In this document: in pieces, positions 26,431-38,520 of the stretch
Layout of the letters: each line of letters begins with the position of its first letter
Numbering within the stretch: position 1 is the stretch's first letter
From: Parasitella parasitica NRRL 2501
Taxonomy: Eukaryota > Fungi > Mucoromycota
Assembly (NCBI GenBank): GCA_025201805.1
Contig: MU619253.1
Span: forward strand, 126,202 to 190,201
DNA length: 64,000 bases
Direction of reading: 5' to 3'
Position numbers and translations under genes: made by a program
The notes under the pieces: model-generated
The model's database searches: none
Told to the model about the DNA's origin: nothing
What the model saw: only the letters and a program-made list of their open reading frames with translations

Positions 26431-28100
26431 CTATTTCGTGGTAGACCTTGAAGTTTCAAGATAATCATCATGATTCTGCTGGTGATGAGTGCCTTGATCC
26501 TGGTGATATTGGTAATTGTCATACGAGGTTTCATTATGTCGCACAGAGGACATTTGCCAATAGTCTCCTGCAACAGATGAATGATTATCAAATGCGTAGA
26601 GTTTATTGCTTGTTGTTGCTGTTACTGGTATTGTAGCTGGCGTGCTGCACGTTTTTGGATTAACAGAATATGGATACTGTTGCTCTTGCTGTGGAGCATA
26701 ACAATGATTGGATTTATTGTCTTGATGTGTAAGAGTCTGTGTAGGTTGAAATATCAACTCTTGTTGATATATATGAGGAGTTTCACCATAGAGACTGAGC
26801 TTGTTGGTAGAATTTTTCTGCAGTGAGTATAATGATTCTAATGGTGCCAATTCGCTGATTTTCGAGGTGAAAAGAATTTTGCTGCTTTTGATGTCGATTT
26901 AGCCATGGATTATTATTGATTTTGACTGCATAAAGATTGATGTTATCAATTACTGATAGTGAGGATACAATGGGAATTGATTTTATAACTTGATCTCCCT
27001 CTCTTTGGTCTGATTTCTTTGACCTTTTACTGCTTGTGCTATAAGCATGCTTTCTTTTTTTTTGCGCTGTCAAAATAAGTAAGACACATGAAGTAAACCA
27101 TAATATAGAAACTTTACAGTATATCAATCTTGTGGCAACAATATTCCTTCAAATTGCCTTGGATTTGGCATAGAATAGGGAAATAGAGAGGAATACAGCC
27201 AGTAAAATAGAAAATGCAGATAAAATCCACAAAATGCAAGTAAAGCACGTAATAACCAATGCTACATTCTGTGGCCAATCCGTTCCAGTCCTCAGAGAAT
27301 CTGAAGCCTCCTGTGTGCAAAGTATGTCTTTTATTAGAAGTACTTTTTGCATATACTAGTATATTTAGCGACTGATTGTCTTTGGAGTTAGTCCAAGCTG
27401 ATTTTAACAAAGCATACACTGTGATGCCAGCAATAATCTGTTTAAGCCCTTGAGCCACAATTGCTCTTTTTCAGCCTATAAATATGTTACATGTTTTTTA
27501 AATTCCAAAATGACAATTTGAAAAGGTATATTAATTTTACCTTCTACGGTACCTACATCACTCCATCTTGTTGAGGATTTGATCTTTCTTCAAAGACCAA
27601 AATAAGTGTAACTTTTGATAGAGTATGTTTGTGAAGCTAAAGGATTAGTTACCACCAACAAAATATCTCGTGTTGCCATGGCATTTCTAGTTTTACGGAT
27701 TTCCCATGCCAACAAGAGAAACGATAATGTAGTGCACTCAACCTAAATCCGCTTGCTAATGTAAAATGGAATATTTGGCTGTAGTGAAATGTACCATTTC
27801 TGTAGCCATTAAGAGTAAAGCTTATTTGAATGAGTGTACCCGTAATTCAAGTGTTTTACAAGCATTGACATCGTGTATTGGTAAAATTGCTGCTGACCAC
27901 AGATCAATTTGGTAGACCATGACAGATAAAATTATTGAGCATAGAAATATAATGTATCCAATCGTCAATGTGCATGTTTGTCGTCGAAAGCCTTCGATAT
28001 TTATAAAATCAAGTTTGTGATCTAATACTAATTCTAGTTTCCATTTCGGTTTTGCTGCTTTTTGAAGTACTAGACTCGCTCTTTTATACGCTTTGGCCAT
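26431..28100 (-). pseudogene. Kch1/Kch2-type potassium transporter (vacuolar membrane protein family) pseudogene
   Basis: PKWKLELVLDHKLDFINI, SFLLLAWEIRK, AQGLKQII, IQGNLKEYCCHKID. In-frame stops at 27743-27745, 27590-27592 and 27471-27473, plus frameshifts. Confidence 0.8.
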
Positions 28101-29028
28101 ATTGGATTTAAAAAGAATGATTTGAAAAAAGAATAGTGAGAGGTTCCCAGGAAAAAAGAAATATACTGTAGAAAAAAAGGCTGATAGCTTCAAGAATACA
28201 GTACTATATACTAAACATTTGCGCTGCATATAACATATCACATCAATTATAAAGGTGACACTGGTAAAGACAGCACGAAATCTTTGTAAGACATTCGTTG
28301 TTTATAAGCTTGCATGAGAAATATTTTCCGTAAGTAGTTTCCTCATTTATGCTTTTCTAGTTATACTACCACCATCTATGCTGCAAGATGCGAATTAGAT
28401 GATATATCAAGATAAACAATAATGTGCAGTATTACTCATTTCCATATTACATAATGAAGCCGCTTAAAAACATGTCAATATATGTGAGTATTTAATGGGA
28501 GAACACATGCACAGTGATTCTCGAATGTATTGCGAACGCATAATATATTATCGTTGTTGTTAAAAACAGAAACTTTAGTATTGACATTCAGAAAAGTCAA
28601 TCGGATGGATACCAGTATTCTGCTCAGATATCAAGCTAAACAAATATGTTAGCATTCACTAAGTAAAGTCAAGTCTGGAGATACTCGAGTAGAAACCAGC
28701 TTTTATAACAACAGAACTTGCCGCAACATCAAAACATGAAAAAGATTCTTCAGGACTCTGAGCTCATCAGGGTATATGATGAGTATGTGACAACCACTGA
28801 TTCCCCAATTTAAAATGACCAAAAACAACATAAAAAGCATGGGCCGACAGATGTTCAAAGATACAGTATTATCATGAAACTGCTTTATAACCTTTCTTTA
28901 GCACTGAATCAATGTCGCATGCTTTACTGACTAGTAGTAACCACATAGTTATAGTGACGGCTGAATAGCTGTCTTACATAACTATTCGAAACGAAGTGAA
29001 AACAGTAGTTTCGACTGTATCTTCCATT

Positions 29029-30303
29029 ATGGTAAATACCAAGCGCGAATAAACCTGAATAAGCAACTAATACATCTATATACCCAGCCTACCACGTATA
29101 TTCCCACCATTGTAAATGATGATGGTAATGTATTGGATATAGTGGATGCGTCAATCGATTGAACTCAAAGGCTGCATTTGTTTTTTTTTTTTTAGCCCAT
29201 GCAGATGGTATCTGGGACGTTGCTTGGTCAAATCGTAGCAACTTGGTCATCACAGGCTCTGAAGACAATACAGTCAAATGCTGGTAATATATTTTTCATA
29301 TGTAATGTAATTATAATTATGGCTTCTCATGTACGCGTTCTGATATTAGGGATGGTACTTCAGGAGAACTAAAATTTACACTTGAAGGACACGCTATGGG
29401 TGTCATTTCTGTAGATGCTTCAGTGGATGGTACTCGTAAGTAATCATTTGCATAAGAATGACGAGTTTGATTGTTAAGCGACGAAATAAATACAGGCCTT
29501 GTCTCGACTTCTATCGATTCCAATATTCGTATTTGGGATCTTGAAAATGATGGAAAGCTCATCAAATCAATTACAGCAACACCTGTAGAAGCTTGGAAGG
29601 CTAAATTCAGTCCTGACGGTAAAAATGTTGCCACTGGATCACATAATGGCGATATCAACTTTTTCAGTGTTGAATCTGGAGAGAAAGTGAATAGTTTACC
29701 AACCAAGGACAGATTCATCATGTCAACAGCTTACGTAAGTGCGTCTTAAAAGGAAGGCGAAGGTTTGTAAACTGACAGGTTTACCAGAGCCCTGACGGCA
29801 AGTACGTTGCAGGAGGAGCTGAAGATGGCGCTATTTATGTATTCAATATCGAAACAAATCAATTAGCACACACGTTGTCGGGCCATGCAATGGCTGTTCG
29901 TACGCTTTCGTTTGCAAGGGACAGTAAAACATTAATCAGTGGAAGCGATGATAAATGCATTCATGTATACGATGTTGAGCACGGTCAATTGGCGTCTACT
30001 TTGACAGGACATTCGGATTGGATTTTGTCTGTTGCTGCCAATCCAGATGTCAGTAAGCAGCAACTGGCTAGTTGTGGATCTGATAAACGCATCAAGATTT
30101 GGGATCTAGCTCTCAGATCAGTATTAGAGACCCACGAAGTGCACACAGATCAGGTAAGCAGCATGGTTTAAAACGCTAATTCTCCTCGTCTAATTTCTTC
30201 GACGTAGGTTTGGGGAATCGCATGGAATTCAGAGGGTACAAAGTTGGCCTCTGGTTCTGATGACAAGTCTTTGAAATGGTTTGCTAGCAGTGGTTCGTCT
30301 TGA
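29029..30303 (+). CDS. SKI8: WD40-repeat protein WDR61/Ski8 (SKI and PAF1 complexes)
   Basis: [75 protein letters not shown]. Confidence 0.88.
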
Positions 30304-30636
30304 AAGTCAAATAAATTGAGAGGTGTAACATTAGATGACATAAATGGTGTCAATATTTGTCTGAATTCACATTAGTTTTATTGAATGTATGATTAGTTTG
30401 GCGTCAATTAAAGGAGGATAGACTCTATTTCTTGTTTGCCGAGTGGGAAGGATACAAATTGTCACAGAATGTCAACCGACTCGAGATAGAGTTACATGCC
30501 ATCAAAGCTATTGCAATCCAGGCGATGGTCTTTGGTGCTAGTTAACTCCGAGCAAGGTTTCAAAAAACCAAGATTTTTTTAATGTAATCCAAATTCTCTT
30601 CTTTTTTCTCTTCTTCATTAGATATCATCATTGATC

Positions 30637-32265
30637 ATGGATACTGGCACTGTGCCTCCATTGACTGAAGAACATGCCGAATTTATCAATTCAACCGTAA
30701 ATTCGCTGTACACTGTCATTGCAGCCATTCCTGGCTCTCATCATGCTCTCAATTACATCAAAAATGCTTACCAACATGACCCTTTCCGTATTGCTCTAGA
30801 GCTCTTTCTAGTCTTCTTTGCCATTAGATACATGATGTCTGCGAAATACAAGCCCCATGACAATGCGGTCAAGTTGACAGATCAGGTAATTTATAGATTG
30901 CTCTCATGTTTGATTATTATTGAGCTTTTGCATCAAAAGGAAATCGATAGCCTCGTAGAAGAATGGCATCCCGAACCGCTGGTTCCTTCCCTGTCAAAAT
31001 ATGATAGATTCAACCTAGACAAGACACCGACAATCATGGGCGCACAGTCAGTCAAGCCAAAAATTGCTGGTTTCGCTAAACCGTTGATGAATTTAGCCAC
31101 TACCAATTTCCTCAATTTAATTGCCTCTGAGCAAATTCGTGAAAAAGCTATTACGACTCTCAAAGAATACGGTGTTGGTTCCTGCGGACCACCTGGTTTC
31201 TACGGTACCATCGATGTTCATATGAATCTCGAGCGAGATATTGCTCAATTTCTAGGAACAGAACAAGCCATCATATACGCACAAGGCTTCTCCACCATCT
31301 CGTCTGTTATCCCCGCTTTCTGTAAAAGAGGCGATATCCTGGTTTGTGATGACAGCGTGAGTTTTGCTATCCAAAAGGGTATTCAAATCTCTCGCTCGAT
31401 TGTTCGATTTTACAAGCACAACGACATGGCTGATCTTGAGAGAATCTTGGAAGAGATTCGCATGGATGACATCATTCACAAGAAGCGTCTTACTCGTCGA
31501 TTCATCGTTTCTGAAGGCCTCTCTACCAACTATGGCGACATTGCTCCTCTAGACAAGCTGGTAGAACTGAAGAAAAAATTCAAATATAGATTGGTTCTAG
31601 ATGAGTCGCAATCAATCGGTGTTGTAGGTAGCCGCGGTGCTGGTTTGACAGATTTGTTTGGTATCCCTGCAGTGGATGTTGACATGATTGTTGGGTCAAT
31701 GGCCAATGCCCTCTGTTCTTCAGGTGGTTTCTGTGCTGGCTCTGAAGAAATCATTGATCACCAACGTTTATCAGGTTTAGCGTATTGCTTCTCTGCCTCA
31801 ATTCCTGCAATGCTTGCTGTTTCTGCTAGTGAAGCTATCAAGATTATCAGAGAACATCCTGCGACACTAACGGAGCTTGCTGAACGTGGCAAGACATTCC
31901 GCCAAATCCTTTTACAAAAGACGCTGGAGCCTTATATCGAACTTTTCTCTGCGGATCCAGAGAATCCTGCTCCTTTCTTCCATATTAGAGTCAATCCTTT
32001 ATTTTTGCAATCTCACTTACTAGACAACGAAACCGAAGTTTCCCGTGATGAAGAAGAATATCTATTGCAGGATGTAGTTGATGAGTGTGCTTACCAAGGA
32101 GTCTTGGTCACTCGTGCAAAGTATGTTATTAATCAAGAGCTTGTCTGTCCAAGACCTAGTATCAAGATAAGTGTCACTGTCGGATTAACCAAGAAGGAAA
32201 ATGAGAAGGCTGCTGGTATCATCAAGTCGGCTATTATCAAAATCTTTAGTAAATGGAGAAAATAA
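30637..32265 (+). CDS. LCB1: Serine palmitoyltransferase subunit 1
   Basis: EIDSLVEEWHPEPL, YGVGSCGPPGFYGTIDVH, HQRLSGLAYCFSAS; GSMANAL lacks the PLP-binding Lys, as in LCB1; intron 30886-30939. Confidence 0.95.
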   Translation: MDTGTVPPLTEEHAEFINSTVNSLYTVIAAIPGSHHALNYIKNAYQHDPFRIALELFLVFFAIRYMMSAKYKPHDNAVKLTDQVIYRLLSCLIIIELLHQKEIDSLVEEWHPEPLVPSLSKYDRFNLDKTPTIMGAQSVKPKIAGFAKPLMNLATTNFLNLIASEQIREKAITTLKEYGVGSCGPPGFYGTIDVHMNLERDIAQFLGTEQAIIYAQGFSTISSVIPAFCKRGDILVCDDSVSFAIQKGIQISRSIVRFYKHNDMADLERILEEIRMDDIIHKKRLTRRFIVSEGLSTNYGDIAPLDKLVELKKKFKYRLVLDESQSIGVVGSRGAGLTDLFGIPAVDVDMIVGSMANALCSSGGFCAGSEEIIDHQRLSGLAYCFSASIPAMLAVSASEAIKIIREHPATLTELAERGKTFRQILLQKTLEPYIELFSADPENPAPFFHIRVNPLFLQSHLLDNETEVSRDEEEYLLQDVVDECAYQGVLVTRAKYVINQELVCPRPSIKISVTVGLTKKENEKAAGIIKSAIIKIFSKWRK

Positions 32266-33781
32266 GTTCTTTTTTTTTATTTTTTTTTTCTCATTTCATC
32301 TTGTTTTTCCTCTCTCTTTTTGGGCTAATGTAATGCACATACGCTCGGATACTATAGAAATATAATAAATTAACAACTAGACATAGATATGTGTTTTTTT
32401 GGTTCTATTGTGTTACTCGAGGTCTATTTTGTATTAACGGCGAATATCGTAAAGTAGGAGAAAAGTCAGAGCTTACCCTGATTATATTGGCTCTACATTG
32501 TTGAATCTCTCAACAAAAACTTTTGGTTTTGATAGACTTAATTAGTATAAATTTGAAGAGTTATTTGCAAAAGTATAACATTTCCTTATTTTTAAAATGT
32601 TATTAGAAAGCAGCTAATATCTACATTTGAAAGCAAATGCCATTTATCATATGCGTTCAGTGATTGACCAAGCGAGTAGTGAAGGAATGGCCACATATCC
32701 AAAATAAAATTTTGATATTTGGATACATCAAGGCAATATTATAATACAGTTGATATAGCAAAAGTACAATTATTTCAGTAGCATTGCGACAAAAAAATGT
32801 TTCTTAATCATTTTATATGGTCTAAAGGTAATATTTGATTTATAGAGGACAGATTACGGTTCCAGCTATGCCCTAATTAGCTTCCTACAGTTAATTGACA
32901 AATATGCGGCCGCCTTGATATGCGCAGATGTCACAGTTTGTAATGTTGTTGCTTGAATGTTTTCAGTGCGTCACTTGGTATTCATTTTAGCATATATCTG
33001 TGTATGTAGCATATCTATAGCATTGCACATATTGTACAAGTATGTAGTGCATAACGTATCTGTAGCTAGTATTATGGATATAAGTATATGTCTTGTAGTA
33101 CGTATCTGGAAACTGAGAATACACGTCTGAAGTATAGATTTTATCCGGCATAAGCTCGTAGCATATACTAAATCTAGTAAATGTCTAAGGCTCGTGTAGA
33201 GATATAAGTACAAGTCTATAGCGTCATCTGTCCTAATGGTGCCATCACTAGCCTATATCTTATATAGTATAAATCTGTTTTGTATATCTTATTAGCTGTG
33301 CACATATGCAGTGTATATCAATTTAAGGTAACTGGATGAATCTAGAAATGGAATGCAGATCATTATAGTAAATGTATTTCACAGCCTTATTCCTCCTCCA
33401 TTCAATGACTATGTTGTTGGAAACAAAAAACAAAGATAAAAACCATAGGTTAACGAGATACGAAAATATATGATACTTTATTTCAGATCGAAATTGCATC
33501 TGCTATTTATATTTTTTACAACTACATAAAATTATGGTGACTCATTTAGATTACTAATTGACAAGTCTAATTCACAGTGACAATCTACTTGACAGGGTAC
33601 GATGTAAGGTTATACAACAAGGCTACACGCCTTTGATCTGACAGTGCCTTGACCTTTATCCTGGTGCTCAGATCTGTGCTACTTATAGGAATAACCTTCT
33701 TGATTTGAAATTGAGACTTTATTGTCGAGTTTACACAAGCGCATCACATCACATCATTGGACAATCTTCAATTGAAGTACA

Positions 33782-33988
33782 TTGCCAACAACTACTAACC
33801 CTACGACTAATCTCCTCTATTCTTATCCCTATGTCAATACAATCCTCTTTGCGGATGATGTTGCTTGCACGGGTGCTGAGCTAGAGATCTACAAACTACT
33901 CAATATCATGGAATCGCATTCCCTCCTACTGGGCTATCGCTGGTCATCTTCGAAATACCAAGTTATTAAAGCCCCCCCCCAACCCTAG
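33782..33988 (+). mobile_element. Non-LTR (LINE) retrotransposon reverse-transcriptase relic
   Basis: Translation contains ILFADDVA (RT catalytic motif) and MESHSLLLGYRWSSSKY, typical of Mucorales LINE RTs; no intact flanking ORF. Confidence 0.7.
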
Positions 33989-35646
33989 CAAAAAGTAATT
34001 GAATGTCATCTCTTATTAAACCGCCATAGAAATTCCAAATCAACAAGCTAACAAACAAATTACCTAAAAATATCTAATCGTGAAACTACAAAGCATTCAT
34101 GACAATCAATTAAAAACCAACAAAAAGAAATCCACATTTGGAACACATAGACCAATGTAAGGGCTGCCATGCATATCATTTATTCCAAATGTGTCAGAAA
34201 TATCAATATTGGAAAACCGTAGAATTAAATATGACTGACAGTTACAGCAACTGACAAACTGGCAGCCATGTAGACAAACTACTGTATCTTGACCAAATCA
34301 GCTGGTGCCGTTACTATCATATTCTCAGGTCCTAATGAGGTTGCCTCGTTTTCCTCGGACATACTAATGCCTCAATCACAAAAATTTACTTTCTAAGCAG
34401 CTCGGTCAGGAGCTCATTTGATTTAATACTAGCATGTCATGGTTTCCTTAAAGCTGATTTTAAAGCTGTTAGAAAATTCGTGCTTGATTGCCAAAAGAAA
34501 ATGGAACATTGACCATCCGTCTTGATTTTAAAAGAAAGCTCACGATTCTATATTATCAATGAATTTCATCAAGTTAGTTGTTAGCCTGCATGAATCAGAA
34601 TCTGCAATATTGGTAATATTGAGTGTAACGCTTATCAAGCTCAATTTATTTGCGGGAAAGATTGACCAGAAAATTGCATTGAAAGTTGAAAATCCAGCTA
34701 GACGTTCGTTGCAAAAAGTTCACAAAAAAAAATTTTTTTTAGACGTGTTTGATGCAGTATGCAGCGTAAAATGGCTTGAATATACGGTAGAAAAAGCCTT
34801 TCCATTTCTGTTGATCAAGCATGTTTAAATGCTCTTTTGCCCACATTGTACAAGCAAATGCCAGTTGCATATGCATTCTCATGCGAAAAGGACAGTTATA
34901 ATCTGGGATGATATTAATGTATCAATACATATCTTAAGCCCAAGACCTATATAATGTTGAATTATTAACTTCTTTCTTTATAGAAAAAGGAAGGTGCATT
35001 ACTGTCACATCGATAACTGAAAAAAAAAAAAAAAAAAAGCAAAACGAGTGAGACGAGTTTGGAATGATGAACACGGCTGGGAGTTGTGGAAAAAAATCGA
35101 TCGAGCCACAGATAAAGAAATGTTACGGTTGCTGATCAGCTCAGATACCAAGCTTTTAATTCTATAGCAATCAAAGAAGGATCTGAACGAATCGAAGATT
35201 AATATAACCTGATGATTTCAGAGAGATAACAAAGTGTTGAGCTTTTGTACAACATTACATTTAACTTTTCAATGCGAATAAAAAATATGGGCCATTTTGT
35301 ATGTGATATCTTGGCCAAGTAATGGACATCAGATGGAAATAGCATGTTTGCAAATTTGTTTATACGCCTTGCAAATGTTTGTGAGCTTTTTTGTGTGTGT
35401 ATGTGTGTTATTTTCTTTCCCACAGACAATTGGGATGAGTTGGTGGAGGTAGTACATGCTCTCAATATGTCATTGTAATATCATGCATCTACAATATAAC
35501 ATTGCTTTTTTGAAAGTGAACCTGATTGAGTTTGGATTATATCTGGTTTGAAACCCATGGATATTTCACAAAAGAATTGTCGCTCGCAAAAGTAAACTGT
35601 CTTGGCAAAACGACCGCTGCGAATAATCACAAAAAAATACCAAGTT

Positions 35647-35713
35647 GCGATCAGATAGCGATCAGATAGCGATCAGACAGTGTTGATTGTATCCATCCAC
35701 GGGAAGCGATCTA
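35647..35713 (+). promoter_or_regulatory. Tandem GCGATCAGATA repeats (about 3 copies) plus one more GCGATC, upstream of the ADH
   Basis: gcgatcagata-gcgatcagata-gcgatcagac at 35647-35678; gcgatc near 35706; TATAAAA near 35826. Confidence 0.55.
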
Positions 35714-35898
35714 AAATAAAATCGGCTGATTTTGGCTCCTCTGGCACACGCGTTGGATATTAAGAAACATGGGTTTCACCGAGCTGCTACCAAAAAAAAA
35801 AAAAGGCCGCATAAAAAAAAATACATATAAAATGAATCAAATGTTGGCAGTTTTAGACGTTTTTTTTTTTTATCTCTATACTTTAAAAATCTTGAAAA

Positions 35899-37073
35899 AT
35901 GTCTGAAGAAACTTTCACTGCCTGGACCTGTAAATCCAAGTCTGCTCCTCTTGAACCTATGGAGATGACCTTCTGTCATTGGGATGACGATATGGTCCAA
36001 ATGGATATTATCTGTTGTGGTGTCTGCGGTACTGATTTGGTAAGTAAATTGATAACAACGGTAATTGATTGATATGGTATACTAAACGCTAAACACCACA
36101 TAATAGCACACTGTTGATGAAGGTTGGGGACCCACTGAATTCCCTTGTGTTGTCGGTATGTATTGTGTGCTGATTTGCATTAAATGTCTTGACTGACACC
36201 TTTTTTGGTTGTACAGGTCACGAAATCATTGGTAACGTTACCAAGGTTGGTAAGAATGTTACCCGCATCAAGGTTGGTGACCGTTGTGGTGTTGGCTGTC
36301 AATCTGCTTCTTGCGGCAAGTGTGATTACTGTAAGAAGGGTATGGAGAACTTGTGTTCCACTCACGCTGTTTGGACCTTCAACGATCGTTATGATAACCC
36401 TACCAAGGACAAGACCTACGGTGGTTTTGCCAAAAAGTGGAGAGGTAACCAAAACTTTGTCGTCCACGTCCCCATGGATTTCTCTCCTGAAGTTGCTGCC
36501 TCTTTCCTCTGTGGTGGTGTAACTACCTATGCCCCTCTTAAGCGCTACAACGTCGGTAAGGGTTCCAAAGTTGCCGTTCTCGGTCTCGGTGGTCTCGGTC
36601 ATTTTGGTGTCCAATGGGCCAAGGCTATGGGCGCTGAGGTTGTTGCTTTTGACGTTATCCCTGACAAGGTCAATGACGCCAAGAAGCTCGGTTGCGATGA
36701 CTACGTTCTCATGCAAAAGGAAGAGCAAATGGAGCCCCACTATAACACTTTCACCCACATTCTTGCCACCAAAATTGTCAACAAATGCTGGGACCAGTAT
36801 TTCAAGATGTTGAAGAACAACGGTATTTTCATCCTCTGTGATATCCCCGAAGTTCCTCTCTCTGGTATGTCTGCGTTTGTCATGGCCGGTAAGCAACTCA
36901 CCATTGCTGGTTCTTTCATCGGTTCTCCTTCTGTCATCCAAGAATGTCTCGATTTCGCTGCCCAGAAGAACATCCGTACTTGGGTCAACACTTTCCCTAT
37001 GGAGAAGATCAACGAAGCTTTCCAATTTGTTCGCGAAGCCAAACCTCGTTACAGAGCTGTTGTCATGAACTAA
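35899..37073 (+). CDS. Zn-dependent, NADP-type alcohol/cinnamyl alcohol dehydrogenase (Adh6/7-like)
   Basis: CGVCGTDLH, VVGHEIIG, structural Zn motif CGKCDYCKKGMENLC, GLGGLGHFG; two introns; strong codon bias suggests high expression. Confidence 0.93.
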
Positions 37074-37247
37074 GTTCCTTGCTCAAATCATATGCATTTT
37101 CAAAAATTCTCATTAAACAATCCTATTCATTTTCCTTGACAATAAAGATTTTATTACATTTACATAAAAAAAAAAAAAAAAGTAAAAAAAAAAAGTCCTG
37201 ATTTATCATTATAAAGTTACGGAAGTGCGAAGCTAAACACAACACAA

Positions 37248-38488
37248 TTATGAGAGTAATCTTCTTGTAGCTTCATTCAAATCATCGTTTTCGTGACTTG
37301 ATAGCCATTGGTCCCAGTGCTGTTTATCACGGATGGCAGCATCTGTGTCGTGGACAACGACCCCTGATTTATGCAAGATGTCCTCAGACCCGATAATATA
37401 ATACATGTGGTATGTTTTTGGTTGGATTTTATAGCGCAATTGAGACTTGACATGGATTCTATCCAGCTGCTTGTCGTGCAATGACGATGATCTCAGGTTT
37501 CTAATTTTCGGTATGTTTAGTTTTTTTTTATGCAACTTTTTTTTCTTTTCGAGGTTTTACCTTGATAGAAATGAGGGCTTCAATAGCAACTTGTTGATGC
37601 CTTCAGTGTCGTTCATCCAGTCCACATAGCTTGCTAAATAGTCTTCATAGATTTCTTGTTCAGTTGAAGGTAACGACGTGCCATTTTCCTTGTCAAGCAA
37701 TTGGATGTGAGCCATGTGAGTGTCCGTATCCTGTGAGATTATGAGTTAGCATACTGCGCAAAACTTTTGGTACCACACGCCTACAAAGCTAATCTTGTAC
37801 AAGTTTTCGTCCAATTCTAGAATGTCCTCCACCAAGGATCGATAAGCAGAAAGCGTCCTTACCGACGACTGGTCAGCCGTTTGCTGGTCTTGACTGAATA
37901 GCTTGAATAGTTCGTTTGATTTCTTGTCGATGGAAATATTCTGTATCTGTTTACAAGGGGAGAGGTAAGTACTGCATGTTGCGTGTGTGCGCCAATCAGA
38001 TTAGGGTATACCTGTTTGATCAAAGATTGAATCGTTTTGTCAATGGTGAATATGACATAGGCATCAATACCATACACGTAGCGAACATTTTCCTCAAACG
38101 TGGCTTGATCAATTTCACCTTCGAAATAGCTATCAACCATGTCCATCAATGCACGGTAGAATCCATTTGACAAGTCAATATCTTCGAAACGACTAGACAC
38201 AAGATCCAGGTCCACTGCTGTCTGGTTGAGCTTTTTTCCTGGTCCAGCGTCGTTCTCGCTGCTGATTGACTTCATCTTGTGTAAGCGCTCATAGATGACA
38301 AGATACAACCGAAACAGACAATAGTACTGAGAATTACAAAAGAAGCTGTAGATACGTTTTTGGTTGATGATCTCGGGTGCTGTTGCTGCTGCTGCTACTG
38401 CAAACAGATCCAAGTGGTTGTCTGTTTGGTCCATAATTACATCATCTGGTACAACGATTTCATCGTCTATCGACATTGTGTCTAGCTC

Positions 38489-38520
<32 letters not shown>

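Noticed and set aside
28740-28775. CTGATGA on the minus strand suggesting a hammerhead ribozyme (similar cores near 4438 and 50573)
   Set aside because: No properly paired stem II followed by GAAA
32266-35898. Gene-free gap with a LINE relic as a candidate centromere
   Set aside because: Only 3.6 kb, no full-length LINEs, and much of it is plausibly ADH promoter
36180-37025. 281-aa antisense ORF over the ADH
   Set aside because: Expected by-product of strong codon bias in a highly expressed gene; no independent coding signal
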